The notes beneath the pieces were generated by a model. The model saw only the letters and a list, made by a program, of their open reading frames with translations. It searched no databases and was not told the DNA's origin. From Seison nebaliae (lineage: Eukaryota), in the NCBI GenBank assembly GCA_023231475.1, contig JALJEE010000752.1, forward strand, positions 1-37,059: a DNA stretch of 37,059 nt, given 5' to 3'. Below are positions 26,335-37,059 of the stretch, piece after piece (position 1 is the first letter of the stretch; every line of letters starts with the position of its first letter). A program made the position numbers and the translations under genes.

Positions 26335-27362
26335 CGATATAACAATTGTAAACTTTTTTTTATTTAATTATCTCGATTATATCATAAATGAAACTCTAAA
26401 GTTCAGAAGAATAATAATTAAAATTGTTATAATGAGATCGAAATAGTTAAAAAATTCCCAATGAAATGGAACAATTAATTTTAATATTCCCAACTTACCA
26501 TCATAATGATAAAACTAATATTAGATAACAAACTACTGGGAATATAAAAGAAACCGATAGCATGTTGAAGATAAAACGCTCTCAAATAGAATAAATCATT
26601 TATGCGTGAATCTATTGACGTAAAGTTTGAAAAAATTTTTACATATTCGAATTCATTAAAAATTCTAGAGAGTATTATCTCCATTTCGGACAATAGATTT
26701 TGCCTCATCGTTTTCTTTTATATTCCCAATTAGTTATATCCATTTGTATCCTACTTAAAAATTTGTCTTATTTTGAATAATGTGAACTTAAAATGAATTC
26801 CATGAGGACTACAACTTTTAAAATTGTTCAATTAAAATCAATTATTATTGACTGTATGACACATTTTATAATGGTTCTTTCCAACTCTTCCTAAACAATC
26901 GAAACTCGACGAATTAAAATTTATTTCTCAAATCATTTTCACGTTGTTTTATCATTTTCATTTTTTCGTTTAAACAAATCCAAATAAAGAATCAGTCCAA
27001 TGCTTATTACATTTCAATATTTCCCAATTTCGATTTATATGTCAATTATGTTTGATCTAAGAAATTGAACATGATAACAATGAATAAGGAAAAAAAAAGA
27101 AAAATTAAAAAATTACAATAGTTATAGCAACGGAATCATTCGTCTTAGATGACGTGTCGTTGATTGATTAGGTAAAACATTAATGTACGTATATCATCCT
27201 ATAAGATTGTGGTACGTGTCGCAATTTAAAATGCATTTTAAAATTAGTTATCATTGTTTAAACTGTCATCAGTTAGAGAGATTATCGTCTATAAAAACGA
27301 TGAAATATTGTCTATTTTCTTCATTTTATTTTTTATACATTGGTAGAAATTTGATATTTGCT

Positions 27363-28034
27363 ATGGATTGTTGCGGTTGTTCCTCCTCATCGGCAGTTCG
27401 AGAGGGGGGCACCGTATACATGAATTTAGCAAAATATGGATTGCCAATAGGCAGGGCGACAGGCCTATTGGCAATAAATCAACTGCAGTATGTCGCCGAT
27501 ATCGCAGTGGAAGAAAAAATGGATCGTCGTAATTTACTGCGATTACAAAGGACGATCTATGTACCAATCGATAATGACGATGGTGGTGATGGATGGAATG
27601 ACCATCCAAAAGATGATATGGAAGGACGGGAGCTGTCCTTTTGTCCTAAAAAAGGACAAAAGCAAAAGCACATGATCTAGCCTGATCATTCCCATAATGC
27701 CTCACATGTACAACGGATGGTAATAAAAGACATGGTAATATTAGGACAAGGCTCATTCCAATAATAATACTTATGATGGAAGTATATGTAAAAGACGATG
27801 TCAAAGAAACGATAAAGGTTGGAAAGATGACCTTATGTGAATATATATTCATCATATCTACCATCGTCAAGATCTATCGATAGAGATATCGGTTATCTGG
27901 CGATGGTAGAAATGAGCGGATGGACCGAAATTATATTGGTGATAAACAAATGAAGTGATATTATATATACCAAAAATATATCGATGATAATTTCAAGATT
28001 AACCAACATTGTTGTAATGAAAAGCATCACAATA
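27363..28034 (+). ncRNA. Candidate structured non-coding RNA (unassigned family)
   Basis: More than ten local hairpins, including perfect 13-bp (27440-27452/27463-27475) and 10-bp (27638-27647/27653-27662) stems. G-U pairs are on the + strand and GC is visibly higher than in the flanks. Boundaries are approximate. Confidence 0.55.
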
Positions 28035-28274
28035 TTGGCGATGATACTAATTTATTTATTATACCTATTTATGATATTGATTCATTTTCTACATCTTCAT
28101 TGTATATAATTAATTTCTTTTCTTAAAGTTTCATAAAATAAAAATTTTAATTGAATTTATCTGAAGAAGAAATTAAAAAGTTTAATTTAGAGTTTTCACT
28201 CAAATTTCAAAAGAATTGATTATTGAAATAGAATTGATATTTTTATAGAGAAACTATTTTTTATATGAACGAAT

Positions 28275-31200
28275 TTAGTCAACTGGAGCAATTGTAGACT
28301 GCGTATCACAACTTTCTGCATCTGTCAATGATAGAGTTTTGGATTTAGTTGTTGTTTTTTTGTTCGATGTTCTTCCTACAGATTTCTTATTATCGTTCGG
28401 CAATTTTTTCTTATATCGTTTTTTCGATGTACTTCTATGCTTCGACGATTGACGACCACCTGACTTTCTAACTTTATCTCTTTTGGTACTTTCTTTCGAT
28501 TTGGGAATACTGGCGGACAGATCCATATTCTCCGCCTGTAACAATTGATCCAACATGTTATTCAATTGAGGATCTTCTCCCAATTCGTTTATTGGACGAA
28601 GTTTCAAATTAGTTGCTGTTCCTCCATTCTCTCTGATTTGTCTCATGATCAATTTGAAATAACGCTAAAAAGAGAAATAAATGTTTAAAGAAAGATTTGG
28701 AAAATTGTTTATTAACTTTCCAATTGCCAATGGCACCTTTTCTAATCCCAGCAGCAGTTCTGTCATCATTCTGAATTACCATCACTGCTCGACCATCGGC
28801 AATTGGCAATAATATCTGATCCAGATATTTCACAATTGTTTTACTATTATAACTTCGTTCCAATGAAAGAATAATTTGCGCCCATTGACGTCTCCATTCT
28901 TTTTCACTATCGGCAATCACCATCGAATATGTGTTGCCCATCATTGCGATTAACATGTTCAACAAAAGAATTGGTACCAGAATCATAAAAATGAAAAAAA
29001 TAATTTTTGCCAGCCATTTATAACGAATATATTGAAATTCGTCATACTTTTTTCCAGAGTAAATTTATTATTGAAATGTATAATAAAAGTAACTTTGAAT
29101 TCGCCCAAAGTAAAATGAAAAATAGCTGCCATACTCGCGAAAATATTTTTGAATCCTGACATGACCGGTTTGTCGACTTTATCCAAATCTCTATAAAGAA
29201 AATAGAAGACTGATGGAAATTTGATTTTTCCATATGAAACATGTTTTTATTAACCGCAAGTGTAGCACATTCCAAAAATTAGATAAATTATACCGAATTT
29301 CATCATGTCACCCGTTATCATTTTGGAGATCATCGTAACAAACGGACCTGTCAATTTGACACCACTAAAAATGTGAATGAATGAAAATGATGATATGTGA
29401 AATGATGAGATGACCTCGCAAAAAATAAGAGATACATCCACAATAGTGGACATGCAATAATAATGAATGATTCTTCGATGATACGATTTCTTTCATTCGA
29501 CATTTTGATGAAACGAAATGGTATAGCAAATAACCAGAGAAAACAACCAAGTAGATACATTGCTTTGATATTGTTCGATATCTGATTATTTAACAATTAT
29601 TCATATGAGACGAAGAAGATAATTAACCAAAGAATTCAGGAAATATTTCCATCCTTGCGTATACAATTCGAGAATCATCAAATTAAAAATGGAAATTATC
29701 CCAAAAATTATATTGAGAATTTCGGCGACCACTCGAATATAATCAGTCGTTTCATTGAATTGTAATAATCTTCCTTCGACTTCATATGTCGGTCGTGCAT
29801 AAATGGCGATCGACATAAATATTAAATGAAATATTAAAAGGACTAAACGAGAGACGAATGCACCCTGAATTGAATGAGATGAGTATGAGAAATGATTGAA
29901 AATGAAACTTGAGCAAACGTATCCCATTTATCTTTCAATAATCGGAAGACAACTCCTCCTTGTAACATATCGATATGTTCCGATGTTGTTCCATTGACAA
30001 TGAAGAGTAATGGAGATAACCAATCTTTCAAAGTTTCGATATTATCATGAGAAAATTCTTTTTAAAATTCTAACCTGTTTTCCCATCCTTATCAACTGTG
30101 TCGAGATCTTTCGTCGGATACAAAGAACAAATAACTTTACTGAATCTCCACAATGTCTGAAAAAGGGAATAATGAAAAATAATAATTTATTCAAACTATT
30201 GATGACATATCGAGCATGTCTATAAATATTTTCTTTCGACCAATTTTAGCAGACAAAGCCATCGGTGTTAATTGTGCATGATTTCTAATTGTTAAATCGC
30301 CCTTAATTTTTTCATGTTTCAGGACATATTTCAACATTTGCTGACAAAGGAAAAATATAAATTTATCTCTAACAATCAATTTTACAACAAACCAAATTGT
30401 CTTTGATGACCAACATGTGAACGATGGTATTTCCGAAAGAATCTTGGATATTCGGATTGGCACCATGTTCCAATAGATAATCATAAATATCTGTCAGACC
30501 GAGACATGCTGCAAATGCCAATGGATATTGTCCATAATAAGCAAATCCATCATAATTCGTTTCTGTCATCTTTTTTCGATGTTTCCCTTTTTGATCTTCA
30601 GGCAGAAAGAAACGTCCTACTGCTCGACAATTCACATCGATACCTCGTTCAACTAATTTCTTTACCGATTCCAAATCCGAATCGATAATAGCCAAATGTA
30701 ACAAATTTTGTCCGTAATATTCTTCACCTTCAAAAATATCATTAACCAACATTGGATACATGTCGATCAAGATGAATGCAATTTGGGTATACATCGGTGC
30801 ACGTAATCTAAAAAGAATATGAACAACCGTTTCTCCCAAATGTCCACGTTCGAATAATGACCAACAAGTTTGATGTTCTTCAAATATCTCGGCCATTCTC
30901 CATGGCCAAAATTTAGCAGCCACCTCATCATTATTCACACAATAATTTTGTTTCCGTTTACCTTTCGGATAACAACAATTGACATCATTCGTTTTTTGAA
31001 TTGGATTTCTCGCCAATTTACTTCGCATAATACGTGAGACTGGTGCCAATGAGAACAAGGAGAATGGTCGAACACGATTCCTCAATTCATTCGAACGTTT
31101 CAAAGATAAATGTAAATTATATGTCCATCGAATATGATCCTCCTTGGTGACGGTTCCACCCAAACCGGATCGGTAAAGGAACCGATTCAAATATGTCTCC

Positions 31201-31593
31201 AACACATTGAGAACAGCTAATTTTCCACCTAACAAGACAAATTGATAAATTAATTCAAATGGACATTTTAAGCGAATAAAAGAAAATTTATGATATGTTA
31301 TTAAATGATATGAGGAAAGAGAGTAAAAGTTTGGAAAAATTGGAATTGACGTGATTAGGTAATAATTTGAATAAACAAATTAATAAACCGGATAAGTATG
31401 CTGTTACAAGTAGTCCATCACCTTTCGAATCGACCAGTTTGTATAACTTCATTTGAGAATATTCATCACTCTGCAATTTCCAAGAATCAACTATACCGAC
31501 ACTTCGCTTTCGACCTCCAGTAATCACATGCTCAGGAAATTGATCGATAACTTCATATTCTTCCTCTATAACTTGTTCTTCAATTTCCTCCAT
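28275..31593 (-). CDS. iav: TRPV cation channel, Inactive/OSM-9 subgroup, ~910 aa
   Basis: Exons complement(31389-31593, 30393-31228, 30197-30340, 30075-30156, 29909-30024, 29628-29864, 29415-29581, 29255-29364, 29094-29209, 28717-29046, 28275-28664), phases consistent. Ankyrin repeats (GETVVH, YYGQNLLHLAI, YYGQYPLAFAAC, QDSFGNTIVH). Iav-like NGTTSEHIDMLQGGVVFRLLKDKWDTFAQ, LTGPFVTMI, pore FTLGEF, LLLNMLIAMMGNTY, TRP box EWRRQWAQ. Confidence 0.9.
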
Positions 31594-32518
31594 TTTATTT
31601 AATGATATTACTTCCTATTATTCAATCACATCCGTTTTCTAAAAAGGAATACATATAACATTTAAAAATAATTCAATTCTTTCCTTTCACAAATAACTTC
31701 GAGAGTCATTTACTTCCTCTCGCACAACAACATTCTCATTTTCAATTCTACTATTACTCTTAACAATTTTTCTTTCATTTTTTATCAGAACATTTATTTT
31801 TTACTTAAAACAATCTTAATCTCAACATCGAACATCGGCAGAAAATTGGAACAATAACGAAAAAGTTTCATCATTCTTCTTTCGAATTCTTTCGATGAAC
31901 AAAAGGACAATTCCAGTCGACCAATTTCCTTTGGATAACAATGCAAATGCGATAAAATATAAATTCTGTCAATCATCTTCCGTAGTGAACATTCCCTTCA
32001 ATACTCCTCCATGAAATTCGTTTTCGATTTCGTCTTTTTTTCCTCCTAATCCGACTCCCACAACTATTCATTTTGTAGGAGAATTTCTATCAAGAACTTT
32101 CGTCAATTTCCTTTCTAATTTCATATTTATTTTTCGTGCTTGATAAGTCGTCTTCCTTCCAGTCAATTCAGTAGAATAATTAGCAAACAATAATAGAATA
32201 ATGATAAGAAAAGAAAAAAAGAATTATTCAAATTAAATTTATTTTATTAAATTATTGAGTGAAATATAAAATAGAATAGAATCGAATTCTTCAGCTTGTT
32301 CGGAGCGATGGAAATGCTTTTCTTCTCCTTGATTCTTTTTTTTATAGAGCAATTCAGCTGAACGTTTCGTTATTGAGATATCATTGACGAACGTCGTCTA
32401 GTGTCATCATTACATCGGCAAATGGGAAAAAAGAGAATCATAATAAAATTTATTAAGCTTTTTTTCGAAAATTTTCTTTTAATCAATTCATTGACAAATC
32501 GATAAATTGTGGTGGAAG

Positions 32519-32797
<279 letters not shown>

Positions 32798-33841
32798 TTA
32801 ATTGAAAGTCTTAATTCAATAATATCTAATATAAGGAGAATAGAAATGAGATGAGAATAAGGAAGTGAAAGGAAAGAAATTAAATGGAAATATTTTTCAT
32901 CTTGATTTAGAAAATAAAATTCTTTTTAAATTCCATAAAGAAATTTCGTTTAAATTGTATGGAAATTGAGTTGAGAAGAAGAAAGTCAATTCAATTGTTC
33001 CATCATACATGGACAATGAACGATTGAAATTAATCTTGTGTCTAAGCCTCACCTCGACAGACGAAAAAAAGACGAAAAAAATTAAATAGTAACAATGTTT
33101 GTCAGTTTCGGGAAAGGAGAATAGTCGAAAAAGAGAAGAAGAGATTGACCCGAAAAAAAATAATAAATCGGAAAATACAAAACAGAAGATATATAAAAAA
33201 GAAAAATAAGTTTGTTTCGTAAAATTTCGTTGAAGTTGCCAGTTGCCTTATATGTCGATAAATTGGCGAAAAAATACAAGAAATTTATTGGATGAAAGAT
33301 GGAAAAAAAGCAACGAATTTCATTGGTTCATATATCGTACAAACTTTTTCCACATATCAAACATGCCATCTTATATACATGTTACATGTGTATTTATTAG
33401 GAGTGGAGAATGGAGGAGAGATAAGCCTAATTCTATCAAAACTTATCAAACCATGAACGAACAATGAATCACAAGAAAATATTATTCATCGAATAATTTC
33501 TTTTTGTGCTTCAAAGCGTATAACATTTCTTTCACTTATTTTTCTTTCTTTCCATTCCTTCTCATTTCTTTCATTTATATTTCTTTCTTTCTATTCTTTG
33601 TCATTTATAAATGTTTTAAATTTAATTTTTATAATTAGACGGAATCAAATGTTTGTTAAATTAATAGTTATAAAGTTTAATTAGTATAAAACAATTAAAA
33701 TATTTTATTGAAATTATTCTAATTTTTTCCGTTTTCATTCTGCTCTTTTCACAAAAAATCACAAATTATTAATCCTATATTAATCGAGATCGAGATTTAA
33801 CATATAAAAAATCACCATTATCAGCTTCAGATTTTTTGTTT

Positions 33842-33883
33842 CCCATTTTGCCCCCGATTCTCACATTGCCCCAGTTGATGGTA
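33842..33883. mobile_element. Solo right-hand terminus of a TA-flanked (Tc1/mariner/pogo-type) MITE
   Basis: Reverse complement reads TA-CCATCAACTGGGGCAATGTGAGAATCGGGGGCAAAATGGG, similar to TA-CCGTCTTTTGGGGCAAAATGAGA at 36617. Confidence 0.5.
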
Positions 33884-34026
33884 TGTATGATGTTCACATG
33901 GAAATATAAATAATGATGCTATTAATATTTAGGCTTATAATTTTGGAAAATTGGTTAAATGAAGAAAGATGTGAAATGAAATTAATTGAAACTGATAAAA
34001 TTTTAATTTGAATTAAAAATAAGAGA

Positions 34027-36102
34027 ATGGATGTTGATATAATTCAAATCGATGAAGATAATAGGAATGTGTTAAGTGAATTGTTTGTGAATGAGAATAA
34101 AATTGATAATTATGATTTGACGAGATATTGTAATTGTCTTATTCGAATTGGTTCGAATGAGATTCTTTTCAAAGTTTACGTGCGTTGTTGGAAGAAGAAG
34201 GAGAATGTGTTACGTTTGAATGATCACACTTATTGCACTGTCTCTCCATCCATCACTGGAACGATTGAGAAGAAATTACGAATAGTGAAGGAGAGAAGAG
34301 ACGATATTGATTTGATAATTTTAATTGAATTGATTAGTTCAAATGTGGAATTTTTAAAAGAAGTCGATGGAAATAAAGTAGAATTTGAAGAAGCGATTCG
34401 ATGTCGATTAAATCATCGTGTTCTCACAACGTCCATGTGTTGTCGTTTGTTCGATGATAATGGTTATTGTAAAATGAAGTTGATTGTTGATGGGAATGAT
34501 GCAGGAAAAGATGCATTTTATTTGGTTGGAAATCGAACGAAAATCATTCTAAAGCAATTAATCTATGATGGATTAGTTCATGAACATTATGGGATTTCAT
34601 CGAAGAAACATGTGAATATAAAGACAAATGAAGAAATTGAAGATTTTATTCGAAAAAAAATTTTCCTCAAATTCCAAAATAATTATTCCATCATTTTCTT
34701 GGAGTTAAAAAATGACAAGAAAAAATTTTTCATTGAACTCTCTAAATTTCAAATGGAAATTATGATTTTGAAGAAAGATTATTTATCCAATGTCCAAAAG
34801 ATAATCGATCTTTTTTCCATTCTACTTAAATTGAATAAAGGAAATAATAAATTAATTTGTTTTCTATTCAATTTAAATGATTTCTTTGAATGTTGTCAGA
34901 ATTTAAGGAAATCCTCAACCGATGACGATATTCGGTTTATTATTAAATCGATTTTCGATCGACTTTTATCACTTATCCGAGAGAATCATCGATTAAGATT
35001 AATCGTTTACAAAGAAGAATTAATTGAAAATGAAAAATTTGAAAAATGTTTACCGAAATGTAAATGGATTTCCGTTCCAGAAAACCATGAAATTTCCGTC
35101 GACAACGATGAAAATTATCTGAGATTTTTTAGTGGGAACGAGAAAGAATATATTTCTCAATTCTCTTCCATCTCGTTAACCATGAAACGATTAATGCAAA
35201 GGAAACAAGACAATCGATCGTTGATTGCTCCAAAACTACCTTCGTATTTGGAGAGGAAACGAGAAGATTTTCAAATTAATGAGAAATGTTTCAATAAAGA
35301 TTTACTAAGAATTCTTCATCAATTTACTGCTCCACATCGTAATAAAGAATTATTTGAAAAATTTAATATGGAATTACCGAACGGATTCTTGATAAATGGT
35401 CGTTCTGGCACAGGCAAGACATCTTTTGTCAACTATCTTATCCAACAACTCAAATCTACTTACACCTTCTTCAATGTAACAGCAGCTGATCTCTATTCTT
35501 CGTTTGTTGGACAATCGGAAAGGAAATTAAGGAAAATGTTTCAAGATGCTCGTCTTCATTCTCCTTCTGTCATATTTATTGATGAGATCGATGGAATTTT
35601 TGGGAAGAGAACTAATGAAAATCAATCTACAACTGCAGTTCAACAACGACTCATTACCACATTACTAACGGAATTAGATGGTATCGGTGTCAGTTTGATG
35701 GAAATGCAAATGATAAACAATCAACAAATTTACCATTTATCTTCAAAACAAATTAATCAGTCCATTATATTTATCGCTGCAACTAACCGATTATCGGCCA
35801 TCGACCGAGCATTACTTCGTCCTGGAAGAATTGATCGAATAATTAATGTGGAAATGCCGACAGAAATAGAACGGAAACATTTCTTCGAACATCAATTGTC
35901 AATCAACAAAATCTCTTTAACTTCCACCCAGCTACAACATCTTATCGACCAAACAAATAATTGGTCATTTGCTGACTTGAAATGGTTATTAACTGAAACT
36001 GTCTTGTTCACCATCAAAAATCGGATAGATAAAAATGTCGATTTAGAATCAGATTGGATTCCATCAGATAATTTATTTTTATTTCTTCGTCAACGCACTT
36101 AA
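34027..36102 (+). CDS. SPATA5L1: AAA+ ATPase, AFG2B/SPATA5L1-like, 691 aa, intronless; only the D2 domain is intact
   Basis: Walker A GRSGTGKT, pore loop ADLYSSFVGQSE, Walker B IFIDEIDG, LLTELDGIGV followed by an insertion, sensor 1 AATNR and Arg finger ALLRPGRIDR. The ADL(Y/F)SxFVGxSE motif and post-LDG insertion resemble SPATA5L1 rather than p97 or SPATA5. Confidence 0.72.
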   Translation: MDVDIIQIDEDNRNVLSELFVNENKIDNYDLTRYCNCLIRIGSNEILFKVYVRCWKKKENVLRLNDHTYCTVSPSITGTIEKKLRIVKERRDDIDLIILIELISSNVEFLKEVDGNKVEFEEAIRCRLNHRVLTTSMCCRLFDDNGYCKMKLIVDGNDAGKDAFYLVGNRTKIILKQLIYDGLVHEHYGISSKKHVNIKTNEEIEDFIRKKIFLKFQNNYSIIFLELKNDKKKFFIELSKFQMEIMILKKDYLSNVQKIIDLFSILLKLNKGNNKLICFLFNLNDFFECCQNLRKSSTDDDIRFIIKSIFDRLLSLIRENHRLRLIVYKEELIENEKFEKCLPKCKWISVPENHEISVDNDENYLRFFSGNEKEYISQFSSISLTMKRLMQRKQDNRSLIAPKLPSYLERKREDFQINEKCFNKDLLRILHQFTAPHRNKELFEKFNMELPNGFLINGRSGTGKTSFVNYLIQQLKSTYTFFNVTAADLYSSFVGQSERKLRKMFQDARLHSPSVIFIDEIDGIFGKRTNENQSTTAVQQRLITTLLTELDGIGVSLMEMQMINNQQIYHLSSKQINQSIIFIAATNRLSAIDRALLRPGRIDRIINVEMPTEIERKHFFEHQLSINKISLTSTQLQHLIDQTNNWSFADLKWLLTETVLFTIKNRIDKNVDLESDWIPSDNLFLFLRQRT

Positions 36103-36616
36103 ATTTGTCGGTTTTGTATATCGTTTCTTGATTTATTTCTTGAGCTATTTTCGAATTTTCTTGTTTTTGTTATTATTAATTAAACAATTTATGTGGACAA
36201 TTTTTCTGGCGATTTCAATTGGAATCCATTTAATGTTCTTGTGATACACTTTTTATTTCGTAGTCTATACTACTAACTATTTTCAAGATGCAACTTCGTT
36301 ATCAGAATCATAATACAGGTTTCCATTAGAAGGGATAATAATAAATAATTAGATGAAAAAATTAAGATTGTAGGGTAAGAATCCCTTTGTAGCACACGAC
36401 ATGACTTCTCCAACGATTATACCTTGTTTTTATTCTTTTTAGTCCTAGAAATTCTACCTGGTCTTTTCATTCTATCTAGAATTAATTCTAGAATTGTTTT
36501 TATCTCGTCAATTCGAACGTTCCCATTTTCAAATCGATCAATGATTGAAGGTTTCGAAATACATCGCTTTCAATTACGTGATGCATTCCACTCTATTAAA
36601 GGGAGTCAATATAATA

Positions 36617-36646
36617 TACCGTCTTTTGGGGCAAAATGAGACACTT
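36617..36646. mobile_element. Left-hand terminus remnant of a TA-flanked MITE related to the one at 33842-33883
   Basis: TA-CCGTCTTTTGGGGCAAAATGAGACAC; no matching right end seen in the window. Confidence 0.45.
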
Positions 36647-37059
36647 CGTACCAAACTTGTTTTTATTAGCCCTAAATCATTTTCCTAATATGTAAATTTC
36701 TTTTAAAATAGTTATATAGGTTTAAAAAAATACGTATTTTCATAAGATGAATTGATTTTTTTTTTTTATTATAATAACAAATCCCTGCGGGGTAAATAAA
36801 AGAGGAAAACCGATAACTCACTAGGTGAATCATCGGAAATGAGTGATTTGGCCTGATCTATTTTAGAGCACAACAGGTCAGGCACATAAGATGTGATGAT
36901 AAAATTCAATAATATACCACGGAAGTCAATTACGGAATTAGGAATTCCTAAGGTGTAATACTCACAAAAAAATTTTAACGGAGAAAAAAATTCCTCACAT
37001 TGATCGAAAGACGGAAAGGAGAATTCAGAGGTAGCGATAGAATCGAGTATTCTCAAGTA

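Noticed and set aside
27183..27680. 165-aa ORF (or 105 aa from MDCCGCSSS at 27363) as a protein-coding gene
   Set aside because: No recognisable domain, and the structured sequence continues ~350 nt beyond its stop; the open frame is plausibly a by-product of higher GC. Not fully excluded; Ribo-seq or dN/dS would decide.
27519..27762. Assignment of the structured island to 7SK (GATC/GATC pairs) or RNase MRP (AGGCTCATTC)
   Set aside because: The 27522/27554 GATC pair lacks the bulged U residues of the HEXIM site, the 27674/27684 pair has too short a loop, and no upstream GAAAG-type P4 partner for MRP/RNase P was found.
31794..32210. Coding-looking minus-strand stretch between LC8 and TRPV
   Set aside because: All frames are interrupted, the signal-peptide-like part has no start codon, and no consistent splice path was found; probably UTR or decayed sequence.
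33842..36646. AAA ATPase gene captured inside a transposon by the two related TA-flanked termini
   Set aside because: The termini belong to elements extending away from the gene (a right end at 33881, a left end at 36619), so they do not enclose it.
36362..37056. Minus-strand ORF fragments (95 aa and a frame with in-frame TGA codons); possible recoding
   Set aside because: No recognisable family, the frame is crossed by a MITE terminus, and real genes in the window use TGA as stop; likely a decayed element or a partial gene at the edge.

Overview
AT-rich eukaryotic (animal, invertebrate-like) genomic DNA with very short spliceosomal introns; not prokaryotic. Manual splicing gives seven protein-coding genes. 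They are a TBCEL-like LRR/Ubl tubulin cofactor (6 exons, -), a P4-ATPase lipid flippase of the ATP10/Dnf1 class (4 exons, +), a small secreted Cys-rich precursor missed by the ORF track (3 exons, -), an intronless 622-aa unknown protein (-), an Inactive/OSM-9-type TRPV channel (11 exons, -), dynein light chain LC8 (-) and an AFG2B/SPATA5L1-like AAA ATPase with a decayed first domain (+). A ~15 kb gene-poor interval (about 4-18.7 kb) carries MITE/foldback elements and two consensus RFX X-boxes. The most unusual signal is a ~670-nt, locally GC-enriched segment (27363-28034) densely packed with hairpins whose G-U wobbles consistently favour a + strand transcript, a candidate unassigned structured ncRNA. 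Also notable: 18 of 20 inferred splice donors are GTT and none is GTA; the flippase has PMSL in place of the conserved TM4 PISL gate; and the secreted precursor has a CX3C-X9-CX3C motif and a C-terminal Gly. All calls come from reading the sequence by eye; no searches or folding programs were run.
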